64,000 nt of DNA from Octopus vulgaris (Eukaryota): positions 4,340,001 through 4,404,000 of the forward strand of contig OX597827.1 in NCBI GenBank assembly GCA_951406725.2. The letters are read 5' to 3'. A model generated the notes under the pieces. That model was not told the DNA's origin, did no database searches, and was given only the letters and a program-made list of their open reading frames with translations. The translations under genes and the position numbers were made by a program. Of the stretch, positions 37,719-51,130 are shown in pieces. Positions within the stretch are counted from its first letter, which is position 1. Each line of letters starts with the position of its first letter.

Positions 37719-40056
37719 TGTGAGAACATGCACACATGTGAGAACAACAGGCTTCTTCCAATTTCCTTATACTAATTTCACCCACAAGGTATTGGCCACC
37801 TACAACATACTAGCTGGCAGTATCCCTACCAGAGAACTGAACCTCCTAACCACATACTTCTAAAGCAAACTTCTAAGCCACACACCTGTACACCACACAC
37901 ACACAGACACACACACACACACACACAAACACACATATTCTTTTATTTGTTTCAGTCATTTCACAAGATATATATACACACACACACATACACACACACA
38001 CACACATGCAGACATACACAACATACAGATATAGATGTATGTATACATCTTAAACAAGATATGTTACTTTGTTTTAATTTGCAAAAAATAATAATGTTTC
38101 TTTTGCCTAGCAACGATTTAGGCACAATTCAATTTTCTTGTAATACAGAATTTTAAAATACTGAAAAGCTGTACAGTCTTTGTACATGTTATCTTCTGTA
38201 GTGAGACTAGTAAGATTTTGTAAATTGTAAATAAAAGAATTTTCTGGCTTTCTTATACAAAAACAAAAAACAACCTTGTACAATTATTTTGTCAGTTGAG
38301 AGTTGTTACAATAATAAATGGCTTCAGTAATAGAAAGAGTTGTCGAATGTGTCTGACAAAATTAATATGTATATCAGTAATTAGGTGATTTTTATAACAT
38401 TACAGGCAAGTAAATCTACAGAACTCTAATTTCAAACAGATTGATGGTATTTGAGCAAAATCATTTCCCATTATGGTGACAACAAAAAAGGATGAGAGAT
38501 TGGCAAAATTGTGGTATTTCTTCTGACTTTACATTCTATGTTCAAATCCCACCAAGGTCGACTTTGCCTTTTTTCACTCTGGGGTCAATAAAATAGTGTA
38601 TCAGTATAGTTCCAGAGTCAATACTATCAACTAATTCTCCCCAGAAAATTGCTGGCCTTGTGCCTAAGTTAACAGCAACTATGGTGACAAAGAAAACTAT
38701 GATTAGGGAGGGATTCACATTTAGAACAATGTAATGAAGACTAAAGAGTTCAATCTCAGTCTCTGCCACAGTTTTTTATGTTGCTTCAACAGCATGACTG
38801 TGGTTAAGAAGTCTCTTTTATAACTAAATGTTTCCTGGTTCAGTACCACAGCAAAACACTTAGTCTGTGTTTTCTACAATAGCCTCAGGTTTACCAAAGC
38901 CTTGTGAGTGAAAGTTATTACATAGAAACTGTGCAGATACCTGCTAAAGGAGCCATTCCTACTTTTTGGTAGTAGACTTAATTGATTAATTAGTTTAATA
39001 CTGCTACCTGGTCCTTAGATGTTTTTACCCATGTCCACTCTATTGCTTAGAAGTATTTGAAGCAGGTCTCCAGTGGAAGCATAATTTCCTCCCTTCTAGC
39101 TACCAGTTTTAAAAACCATGAAAAAGGTTTTGGTCACAGATCTTCCTCTTCTCACTAAGTTTATAAACTTAATATTCACAAAAGGGCGGGGGTAGTTGGA
39201 ATGATCATGCTTCCATAACAAATTTTTGCTGTTTTTGTAAAATCTCAGAAAATAATTAAAAATTCACATTTTTTATCAAATTATTTTGTTATATTTGTCT
39301 ATCTATCCAACTGTAAACATTTTAAATATTTCACTAACTTTTTGTTGTAACTTGGTAAAAGGGTACATATTTTGCCAAAAATTGCCAAATTTGTTCCCAC
39401 AGTCTTCTTTATTCACAACCAGAATCGTAAACTTTCTCTTGAAAATATTTCAAACTAGTCAAAGTTGAGAGTTTGACAGAGACAGATTTGGGAAGAAATA
39501 TACATTTATCTGCTCTAAGGAAAAGCGAAATGCTAAGTTTGTCAACTTTCACACGAGGCATAGTAGTTATAAATCAATAGTATGTTTGTTTGTTTCTCTC
39601 ACGAATAAAGTCATCAACAACATCATATTATGAGAATATTCTTTCAATGGATTATTTAAAAGAATGAGGTCGGTGCCTATAATCAGAATCTTTTCTTTTT
39701 GCTATTAGTCACATGGCTGCAGCAGAAAGAAAAGTATCTTCAAGCTAGGGACATGGCTTGAATGTTTGTAACAGAGGGCACTCTGCTAAAGGTACCCCAC
39801 AACTTAGATGTCTGTATTACAAACTGATCAATGGACGAAGTCTACTGCACAAAACCAAAAATGACAATGGGATTAGTGAGTGCAACTGACTGGATGCAGG
39901 TAATTGGACACAGGTGACTGCACATTCAGCCTGTTTTGACAACAGTACGTTTTGGTGCTGGAGGCAAACATGCACACATGCATGCACGCCCTGGAATACA
40001 AACATACAGAAAGAATGAGAGAAAGGGTGAGAGCAAGAGAGACTCGTTGCAAAATA

Positions 40057-40267
40057 TTGGTTTCAAATTTTGGCACAAGGCCAGCAATTTCAAGTGAGGG
40101 GAAAATCGATTACATTGATCCCAGTTCAACTGGTACTTATTTTATTGACCTTGAAATGATGAAATGCAAAGTCAACCCCAGCAGCACTATTCACAGAATA
40201 TAAAGTTGGAAGAAATGCTGGTAAGGAATTTGTCCAGGGTGCTAACAATTCTGCCAGCACACCACCT
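40057..40267 (-). mobile_element. SINE family B variant
   Basis: TTTGGCACAAGGCCAGCAATTT...CGATTACATTGATCCCAG...CTGGTACTTATTTTATTGACC...GCTAACAATTCTGCCAGC. Confidence 0.8.
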
Positions 40268-41862
40268 TGCTCATTGCAGTATGTTAACTGGGTATAACTA
40301 ATGTAAAGACTTTTCCTTTCTATAGAGAAATATGGTGACACATAAACAGAGAGAGGGGCAAGAAGGGGAGATTAGAAGAGAACAAGAGAAGTATTAAAAG
40401 GTTTGATACCAAATAAATCAGCATAAATTCAGTGATACCAAATAGGCAATACCAAAACAGCTGAGTCAAAACACCTCATACCCCAGAAATAATCTCCACC
40501 CACCCCACCATGCAGGCTTTCTTGCAGTTTCTGTTGTTCAAATTTCACTTCTGAGAGTTTTGTCAACCCAGGGTTGAACTTTCAAAGAACACAGCCAAGC
40601 AAAATTTGCTGCTTATACAGAATGTAATTTTGTTCTTCCTTCATGTTCCAGTCACTATTATCTCTTCTTAACTCATTAACTTGAATCTTTTATTGACATT
40701 ATCATTCAATCAATACTTTCTAGTCTTTAAGATAATTCTCTCGGTAACTTTTAATACCCACAATTTCAACAGGCTTTCATTAAGTACTTCTGCAATGCAG
40801 CTCTGGTATAACATTGATCTTCCAGAACCTTTGGTACCAAATCTGAACCTGAGATGGTAACCTGGTCAACACACTCTAAATTAAACAAATATTAAAATTC
40901 ACTAAATGATTAAATGAAATACAGGTACCTGATCATTAGCATAAATGATACAAGTTTATTAATACTGTACTGTGCAAGTCTCTGCAAGGTAAACTAATCT
41001 GGTGACTGTGGGAATTTCAAGTTTCTGCTCATAAATTACTACAGATTACAAGAGTTTCTGAACCATCAGTATTCAGAAAGTTGGTGTTGCACCTGTATTA
41101 CCTTATGCAGTGATTCTCAAACAATGTGCTACAGAGAACTAGTGCAATGGAAGGAGCATCTTGATGCACCATAGATTTTTAAAAACATGTATAATGGCTC
41201 TACAAAATTTTATGTTATTACATATTTAAAAGTGAGCTATTCATATTCTTTTATACTTAACTATGATTAATAAAACAAGATAAGTAATATTTTTTTATAT
41301 TTCCCCCTATATTTAATCTAATGATTCAAAATTTAAATAAAAATCATTAATCCCTGGTATTCTTACCTCTTTTATGGCCTAAAATGGACACGAAGAATTG
41401 TAGGCATTAATGTTCCTATTTTGAATATTACAATTAAAAGACATAAAAAAGGCGTCTAATTTGGAAAAAATAAAATGTTTGTAGCAAAGTGAATAATTCC
41501 AGATCATGTTAAAATAAGATCATATCAAGACATGAATTGTGTTCTTTACCAAAGGTTAGCTGATCATAGATGTCATACTCTTAGTATGTTAAATCTAAAA
41601 TTGATGAGCCTCTGCAATGTATTGGAAAACTAAGGGTAATATCTTGAATGTATGTAAATAATTAAATGTACTATTGTAGAACAATTATCAATCTATTGAA
41701 AATTTGAAATATTCAATGTACAATGTATTATTCCTGCTGTTTAACCCCAAATCAGCCCTTGTAAAACAGACTTATGATCAATTACATTCTAGCCATTTTT
41801 ATCTCATCAGATATTTTTCAAATATTATTTATGAAAGACTACCATTATCTTTCTTATCATAA

Positions 41863-42082
41863 CCCTTTTGATACCAACCCAGCTGAAACCGGCTCTGGCT
41901 CTGAGTACAAATGTCTTATTTTCATAAGTTTTGAATTAAAATCTTCCACCAAACCTTAGTCACAATTTATGTTCCTAACACCAGCTTAATGATAACGAAG
42001 TTATTTTACTAAATTCTTTGTTATATTTAAAGTAATTGAAAGAAACACAGAGCACCTCAAAATAAATACAGTAACGAAAGGG
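41863..42082. mobile_element. piggyBac-like MITE (second family)
   Basis: Ends CCCTTTTGATAC / GTAACGAAAGGG, flanked by ATAA and TTAA. Homologous to 52602-52823. Confidence 0.75.
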
Positions 42083-42631
42083 TTAAGTGTATCCTTCTTG
42101 TTATTTACAGACATAGAGTAATATCTGAGGGAGATCTAACTGTTATTTCTAGCAGATTGGGCCAAAAGGTAGAGTGTCTTACAATTGGCTCGAGTCCATA
42201 ATGTGGTCAGTTCAATAGATTATGCATTCAATATTATAAATACTATGAACTAAAATTCTAATTAATGAGAATTATTAATATAATGATAATTAACTTGAAT
42301 TATTAATGAATGATAGTTAATATGAATTAATATACACACATATATATATATATACATATATTTCTGTAATATTAGTAAGCAAAGAACTATTTATTGTGGA
42401 GAATGCTAATGATGATATCATGGTAATATATGTATATATGTATATATGCATGTATGTATGTATATATGTATATATGTATGTATGTATAATTGTATGTATA
42501 TATGTGTGTATGTATGTATGATTGTATGTATGCATGTGTGTTTGTATATGTATATACATATATATGTGTGTGTGTATAATATTAAATTATTATTAAATTA
42601 ATATCTAATTTTTCACCCTCATTTATGAATG

Positions 42632-42642
<11 letters not shown>

Positions 42643-42662
<20 letters not shown>

Positions 42663-42690
42663 ATGTGTATGTATATACATATAGTGTATA

Positions 42691-42724
<34 letters not shown>

Positions 42725-42742
42725 ATATACATATAGTGTATA

Positions 42743-42774
<32 letters not shown>

Positions 42775-42792
42775 ATATACATATAGTGTATA

Positions 42793-42828
<36 letters not shown>

Positions 42829-42872
42829 ATATACATATAGTGTATAGTGTGTGTGTGTGTGTGTGTGTGTAT
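42643..42872. repeat. Compound minisatellite, 4 units of 50-54 bp
   Basis: Constant core ATGTGTATGTATATACATATAGTGTATA at 42663, 42715, 42765 and 42819, separated by variable (GT)n. Confidence 0.9.
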
Positions 42873-43114
42873 GAGGTGATTGACAAAAATTCTTCATGGT
42901 AGTGCCCCAGCATGGTCGTAGTTTAATGACTGAATCAAATAAAATATAGAAGATGAAGATATCCGAAATAATAATATCTTCACTTCACTCTACATTTGCT
43001 AGTATAATACTAGTGGCCTATTAATTATTTTATTGGTGATTATCAGCAATATTAATTGTATAACTTATAAAGTATTGACTATATTTCAATAACTGAACAT
43101 TAAAAAAAGACGAA

Positions 43115-43530
43115 GGTGCAGGAGTGGCTGTGTGGTAAGTAGCTTACTAACCAACCACATGGTTCCGGGTTCAGTCCTACTGTGTGGCACCTTGGGCAAA
43201 TGTCTTCTACTATAGCCCCGGGCTGACCAATGCCTTGTGAGTGGATTTGGTAGACGGAAACTGAAAGAAGCCTGTCGTATATATGTATATATATATGTGT
43301 GTGTTTGTGTGTGTGTGTTTGTCCCCCTAGCATTGCTTGACAACCGATGCTGGTGTGTTTACGTCCCCGTCACTTAGCGGTTCAGCAAAAAGAGACTGAT
43401 AGAATAAGTACTGGGCTTACAAAGAATAAGTCCCGGGGTCGATTTGCTTGACTAAAGGCGGTGCTCCAGCATGGCCGCAGTCAAATGACTGAAACAAGTA
43501 AAAGAGTAAAAAGAGTAAAAGAGTAAAGAG
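43115..43530 (+). mobile_element. SINE family A, full length (reference copy)
   Basis: tRNA-like head with A box (GTGGCTGTGTGGT) and B box (GGTTCAGTCC), CORE-like GCACCTTGGGCAA, internal microsatellite and (GTAAAAGA)n tail. Confidence 0.93.
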
Positions 43531-44119
43531 AGAAGGAAAAAATGAAGGAATGAATATCGGAACTCATTTACTCAGATGTCATTCATTCTGCCAGATATAA
43601 TTCCATACGTGGCTTAAAATGCGGTGAAAATCACCAATCAATCATTGACGAATATTGAGGACACTGATGAATCTGCAGTGGTTTAACCTTTGTTGTCAGT
43701 GGCTGAGTAGACAGCAAACAGAAGGAAAACGGATGTGTACTGATAGAAGTTTCCTGAACTTTATAGATATTTTACAGATCAACAATAACCCCCCACCATC
43801 CTACACCCTTGAAAGCAGTCAACTGGAACTGATAGAAGGGATTGTGAAGACCAAAACAGAAGAAATACACACACATACACACACATACACACACACACAC
43901 ACAGAAAAAAAAAAAAGAAAGCAAAGAGATAACATTTGTTATCCTTCTTTTTGGAACACCAAGAAAAATATCATGCTGTAGAATTGTAGGAGAAATAAAT
44001 GTCACTCAGGGACATTGTTGTGTAGTTAATTTCATCTTTAATGTCAGCCAGGAAATTTCTTGAGACTTGCTGCTTTTGACAGGGCTAAAATCACCAATCA
44101 TCCAGAGAATAATAAAAGA

Positions 44120-44163
<44 letters not shown>

Positions 44164-44448
44164 ATACAGACACACGCATGCATGCGCATGTGTGTGTATA
44201 AAATCTTTTGTGTGTACCAAAAGTAATTCCATTAGTCTTGACAGTACCAGAAGTTGATTGGAAATATTTTCTACTGACCCATAACATTTCAGCTTTATTT
44301 TTGAGATCAATTCAACCAAAATTATATTTTTAAATTTGCCTCATAATCTGAGAGTCTATTGTGTAACTATTTTCATGTGGAAAATATATTATTAGATTCT
44401 GTTCATCTTTCATATTATAAAGCTAAGGAGGCAGAATACTGCCTAGAA

Positions 44449-44682
44449 CAATGGTTCTCAACCATTTTTGGCCTATAAACTCCTTTGATTCTTATTTAAC
44501 ACTGCTGGATTCCTATAGGTATTTTGATGTTTAAAAAGTCTCATTATAATTTTGTAATTAAATATTATTAGGAATTGTATGAAAAAAATTAAAATATTTT
44601 GTGCATAGTAAAAGTATAACCAATTTATTGCACATTAATTTTAATAGTAAAATCATATGTGGACCCTGCTTAAGAAACACTC
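44449..44682. mobile_element. hAT-like MITE, diverged
   Basis: Ends CAATGGTTCTCAAC / CTTAAGAAACACT resemble hAT (Charlie-type) TIRs. No clear TSD. Confidence 0.4.
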
Positions 44683-46229
44683 AAGTTGAACATCTATAAT
44701 CTAATGTCAGCTGGGAAAATGAGGATATAAAGGAAGTTTTTAAAAGACATGTTTCTGGGGATAAAGATTTCAGTAAAGTGCTCAAAGCAAGGTTACTGGG
44801 CTGGGATCTAGAAGGGATGATAAAAGAAGTGAAAGTTAGTGAATGGATAAATGTAATGCATTGCTTGTTGATTAAAAAGAGCTGTGATTATTGAAATAGT
44901 GACAGGAAATTGTATGTTAGTGGAGTGAAGGTTTGCCTATCGGTGAAATGGTGTTATTTTGGAAGCAGTCTCGTGTCTTTGTCAGTGGAGCAGCTGTTTC
45001 ATTTTAGATAAGTGAGCAGTTCTCTAGGGTGAAACCCACTTATACTTTCTATAGTAGCAACGACTGTTCAAAACTTAAGTAGTGCCTGGTTCTGCACAAT
45101 AAATATAATCAATTTATTCACAAAGGGTTTCACTGCCAGATCATTAAAATTAAACAATTCAGAGTCAACACGTTAGCAATTTGGTGAAGTCATAAGGATG
45201 CACATCAGGAACAATAAGAAGCATCTAAAATGCAAAAGTTTCTGGTAGAATAATCAGGAACTACTTTATTATTGGTATTCTAAGGAAAAATAATACTGTT
45301 GTTATGCATAAATGATATACAAGTAAAAAATAGGCCAATATTTAAATTGATAATACTGTGCAGTAAAAACCATAAATTGCCTGTTAAACTCAGTAACACT
45401 CTTAAAGTGGTTTTGGCTCTGTTTACTGTTTTAGGTGAATGGATGAGACAGTTTCTCACATATAAAATACCAATATCTCATAGGTAGCATTCTTATATGA
45501 ACTGTTGTATTTTTCTGATAGTTGGGTAAACATGTGGAATTGAATGTGCTGTTAAAATATATAACAAAATGACAGATATGAATTAGGCCATTTTATTTAT
45601 ATAGCCGTATAAAGTGAGCTTAATAGGTTAACATAAGGTACAAAAATAAAAATAAATGGTGATAGAAATGCTTTGGTTTAATATGAATAAATTATGTTAT
45701 GTACACTCTGATTTATGTTGTGTATTGTGATAGAATTTTTACATGAAATGGGGTTTTAGCTCAGTAAAAAATGAGAGATATAACTTACACCTTGCATAAT
45801 GATATCATTTTGTGGTACACTCTTAACATAATGCAAAAATCTCCCTTGGTATTCATTACAAAGTAGAGAAAAAGGATGCATATAAGTTTATTCCAAATGC
45901 TTAGATTTCGTATTATTGATGCTTAAATTCATTGACTTTATTAGACTTCATAATGTTTAACATTTGTATAAAAAATCTGAGAGGGACTTATGAAGCCAGC
46001 CAATAATTTGGCATTGCCATCATGTTGATTTTAAAGTTTCTATATAAATCCAGATAGCTTTCCATTCATCATGGTACTTGAATTACTTTAGATATTGTCA
46101 TTGCTTTCTACATATCAGTATATATATAAATGGAACAACTGAAAGACAGCATAATGATGTGAACTTTGCAGTCACTCTGAAGTAATAACATTAACTCAAT
46201 GTGCAGAAAAATATCTTTATCTTGTGGTC

Positions 46230-46420
46230 ACAGTATTGAAAAAGAAAATTCAAGGAAAGCAAATACCATTAAAACTCGGGAAATAAAGAATGTGAATATC
46301 CAATTGGAAAATAATAATTTAAAGCAAGTAGACCAGTTTTCCTATTCTAGAATTTGCAAGGAATGTGATGGATACAAACAAAAGCTTAAGAGTGATAATA
46401 GATACATTCAAAAGCCTTAG
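46230..46420 (+). mobile_element. Decayed RTE-like reverse transcriptase fragment
   Basis: NVNIQLENNNLKQVDQFSY resembles the post-RT motif IxIxGxxLEQVxxFxYLG. Confidence 0.45.
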
Positions 46421-47659
46421 TAGAAAATGGTCATTTAAAATTCAACACCACAAAAATAAATTTAAATTTTCAGTCGACCCTAAATAATTTTAGTTAAACA
46501 GTAAGAATCGCCAAGGGAATGGAGAAAAATGTGGAAGAATTTGTATGTAAGATGAGGCAAAATTCAAAACAAAGAAATCAAAGACATCTTTGCAATCTAA
46601 AGTAACACCAGCCATTTTAGGAAGATGAAAGAACATTGTTATGTTTTGAGAAGAGATAACAGAGAGTAACAAACAAATAAATAAATAAATAAACTGGCTT
46701 TAAAGTGAGAAACATCTGGAAAATGAAAATCAAGGCACTGAAGAAAAAATTTTAAACAGAATACTTGCACATTGCAAAGGAAATGTGTGAACTGAGTTGA
46801 CAAAGTAAAATGATTGAAAGTGAGAAAATAACAGTTTAATTCTTATGTGCCATCTGATAGCATCTGACGGATGTACAGAACCTTGCTTCACCAAAATATG
46901 CATCACAAATCAGTATATCTATGCTCAGTAATGTAAATTTAAGCACTTTCAATTCAATTAAAACTGTTTTACTAACAAAGTTGAACCAGAATTCATTTTA
47001 GTAAATATACCTCCAAACATACTACATTCATTACAAGCCATTCTGAGGAATTCCATTTGATTTCTTGGTTATGTATGAACCATTTGCTTTGTTGCTATCC
47101 TTTGGGACTTTGTGTATCTTGCTACAGAATGTATCATGCATAAGATTTACTCAATTAAATCATTGAACTTGGCTAACTCTGTCACATCACCTCTGGAATT
47201 TTTATGGACCCTGTCATTTGCACACAGCAAGAAAAAATTTTTCTCTAAAATTTTTTTTTGATAACATCACTTTTTCAACACAAATTGCAGAGAATGGATC
47301 TTGCTTTTTTTTCTTTTTTAATATTTTTAATTACTTTATTCTTTTCAATGCTTGACCAAGACAATAGGAAATAATTCATTTGCATATGTCGGTTAAAATT
47401 TTCATTGGTGCTTTCAAAATAAAAACAAATCATTATAATTTAAATGAAAAGAAATGAAGATCAAAATTTATGTGGAATACTTAATATGATTTGATTTATA
47501 AAGCGAAGTGGAGGGCTGAATAAAGAAAATACAATAGGGAAAAGAAATAGCAATGATATGATTTACTGAATAAATAGCAACAGAATGGAAAATGAGGGAA
47601 GAATTAAAATGAAAGGTAAGAGTGAAGAATAAAATGAAGGATTGCATAATATGATTTGT

Positions 47660-47982
47660 GCATACATTCATACACACACACACACATACATACATACATG
47701 CATACATACACACATATATACAGACAGACAGGCATACATACATACATACATACATACATACATACACACATACATACAGACAGGCATACATACATACATA
47801 CATACATACATACATGCATGCATACATACATACATGCATACATACATACATACATACATACATACATGCATGCATACATACATACATACATACATACATA
47901 CATACATACATACATACATACATACATACATACATACATACATACATACATACATACATACATACATACATACATGCATACA
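47660..47982. repeat. (CATA)n tetranucleotide microsatellite
   Basis: Directly visible. Confidence 0.97.
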
Positions 47983-49082
47983 CTACATGTATCTAAGATC
48001 TAAAACGTAATTTTGATAAACAAAGGAAGGAATAGAGTAGAATGGAAAAATTAGATGAAATATAAAAATATACTTATTCGAGGAGGAAATATTAAGGGGT
48101 AATAAAGATGAGAAACATGAAAATAAGACAGATATTTCTGAATAACGTTTATTATCAGTTAATGATTATTGTATAGCTCATTAGCATATTGATATATAAA
48201 TAATGATCATTGAATTGCAAATATTTTTCTAGCATTTCTTTTTAGGTTGAAGCATTTTCTTGCTGAATAATCAGTGTTGGTTGACTAAGCAAACGTATGA
48301 TCGTTGTTATATTGAAATTCTTTTCATTCTCACAGACATTTAATCATACATACACACACACGAATACATACATTTATATGCATGCATAAATATGTATACA
48401 TACAAAAATAATAGATATATATATGCATACATTTGTTTGTTTGTTTGTGTGTGTGTGTGTGTGTATGAAGCATCCAATTTCATTTCGCTTAAACATTTCA
48501 GAATTCAAGATAAGATGATGCAAGAAACAATTCTCTTGTGAAGAAGAACTGAAATAAATCTCAAAGAAACATACATATATACATTATATGCATACAAAGG
48601 CACATATACATACATACATAAATAAATACATACATACATACATGCATACATACATACATACATACATACATACATACATACATACATACATACACACATA
48701 CATACATATATACATATATACATACATACATACATACATACATACATGCATACATACATACATACATGCATATATACATACATACATATGGATATATAGC
48801 ATCCAATTATATTTGTCTTAAATGACTCAGAATCCAAACTTATTGGAAAACAAAAACAAAAACAAAAACAAAAAAACAAGCATTCATATTGTTTTATATT
48901 TTCATGAAATAGGGAAGTGATGGAAAAAGTAAAACTCTATTAAATGCCTTTTAAGATCTGGATCTCAGAAATCTTGGTTCAAGTCTCAGTGTGGTCAACT
49001 ACACCCATTTTGATAAAATATTCGACTTAGAAGAAACAAATAATGCCATGCATCAGTAAAAGAATAATAGAAACAGTCAAAA

Positions 49083-49290
49083 TAATCCTTTCTATCATAA
49101 GCACAAAACCTGAAATTTCAGTGGGAAAGGGCTAGTCGATTACATTGTCCCCAGTGCATAACAGATTCTTATTTCATTGACCCTAAAAGGATTTACAGCA
49201 AAGTTGATCTTTGTTGGAATATGAAGGCAGATAAAGTGCCTCTATGCATGCATTTTATCGGGCACACTAATGATCTTGCCAGCTCACCAC
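49083..49290 (-). mobile_element. SINE family B variant, diverged
   Basis: CTAGTCGATTACATTGTCCCCAGTGC...CATTGACCCTAAAAGG...GCCAGCTCACC. Confidence 0.7.
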
Positions 49291-49343
49291 TGAAATAATA
49301 GAATAGATATTATGTGCCATTAGGCTTCTCTTCTAGTCTCTCT

Positions 49344-49755
49344 CTCTTTTACTCTTTTACTTGTTTCAGTCATTTGACTGTGGCCATGCTGGAGCACCGC
49401 CTTTAGTCGAGCAACTCGACCCCGGGACTTATTCTTTTTGTAAGCCCAGTACTTATTCTATCGGTCTCTTTTTGCCGAACCGCTAAGTGACGGGGATGTA
49501 AACACACCAGCATCGTTTGTCAAGCAATGCTAGAGGAACAAACACAGACACGCAAACATATACACACACATACATATATATATACATATATACGACAGGC
49601 TTCTTTCAGTTTCCGTCTACCAAATCCACTCACAAGGCATTGGTTGGCCCGAGGCTATAGCAGAAGACACTTGCCCAAGATGCCACGCAGTGGGACTGAA
49701 CCCGGAACCATGTGGTTGGTTAGCAAGCTACTTACCACATAGCCACTCCTGCACC
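49344..49755 (-). mobile_element. SINE family A, full length and young
   Basis: Near identical to the reverse complement of 43115-43530. Confidence 0.93.
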
Positions 49756-50590
49756 TATGTAATATGTAATATTTATTTATTGAATTCCCTCTCAATGTAA
49801 AACATCACAGCGCCTTTTATAAAATAAGTAAAAATCTAAATGGCACCTTTTAATTTACCATTTCTAAAAAGAAATTGTCAATTGGTTTTTGGGAAAGTTC
49901 TTTTAAAGAATTCTGTCTATAAAGGTGTAAATAAATAAAACAAAAATATTTGTTGTTAAAAACAACATCTCACGCTTAAATTATCTTAAATTAAAGTGGT
50001 GGACAGCCACATGAATAACTTACGACTTTCTCAACACTTTCTCAGCACTATGGTAGACTCTCCTGTCATAGACAACAGATGATCATACTGCAATTTCTTG
50101 CTCAACAACCTACACAGGTATCTTATCAATGAGCAAATGTTCAAGTTGTACAATAGCTCACTCCCTCCATCAGATCAACATTACCTGTACAGGTGCACAT
50201 TGTACAGGTGCACCTGTACAGGTGCACATCAGGCCTTGAAGTGATTGCACAGCAATATGAAATGAAGTGTTTTGCTAAAAAAAAAATTTTAATCTTCAAA
50301 TCTGAAACCTGTTGTACTATCAGTCCTAGGAATTCCAGATAAAGTATTATCAAACGATATTTTTATTTCAAATTATCTTCAACTTAATTTTGTTTCTATC
50401 AAATGAAAATTAAGAAGCATCTTGTATTGATGTAGTGGGGAGAAAAACAAATGAATACTGTTCAGTGTCAGTATCTGTAATAATAATAGCCTCTGTCCTG
50501 TCATCTCCTCAGAGATGATAGGATACGGTTAAATCTGGCAGAGGTTTAAGCTCAGAACACTGATAAACAGATATCAAGAACAAAATAAAT

Positions 50591-50591
50591 A

Positions 50592-50642
<51 letters not shown>

Positions 50643-51130
50643 CAGCAGTAGTAGTAGTAGTAGCAGCAGCAGCAGTGGTGGTGGTGGAAATGGTGGCAGT
50701 AGTGGAGGTAGTGATGATGGTGATGGTAGAGGTAGTGGTGATAGTACTTATTTAGTGTTAGTAGTAGTGGTGGTGGGGTGTATTGGTGTTTATGGTTCTA
50801 GTGGTAACACAAGTGATGGCAGTAGTTGTGGTGGTGGTGGTGCTGGTGCTGGTGCTGGTGCTGGTAGTGATAGTGATAGTGATGGTGATGGTGGTGATGG
50901 TGTTGATATATTAATAGTATTAATAGTATTAGTAGTACAGAGTGATGGCAGAGATAGTGGTGTTTGTGCTGTTGGTGATGGTATGGGAGTGTTGGTGTTG
51001 ATGATTGTAGTGGTGGTGGTAGCACTTGTTATGTCAGTAGTTGTGGTAGTGTTGATGGTGGTAATGGTGAAGATGATGGCATAGTAGTAGTAGTAGTAGT
51101 TGTAGTAGTAGTAGTAGTAATAGCAGTAGC
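50591..51130. repeat. Degenerate trinucleotide tract (TAG/CAG/GTG/GAT)n
   Basis: Directly visible. It generates the low-complexity ORFs at 50755 and 50798. Confidence 0.92.

Noticed and set aside
42643-42872. CRISPR-like repeat-spacer pattern
   Set aside because: The spacers are only (GT)n, the context is eukaryotic, and there are no cas genes.
50755-51084. 109-aa Val/Gly-rich ORF resembling a membrane protein, with a His-rich ORF on the opposite strand
   Set aside because: It lies entirely within a degenerate trinucleotide repeat.
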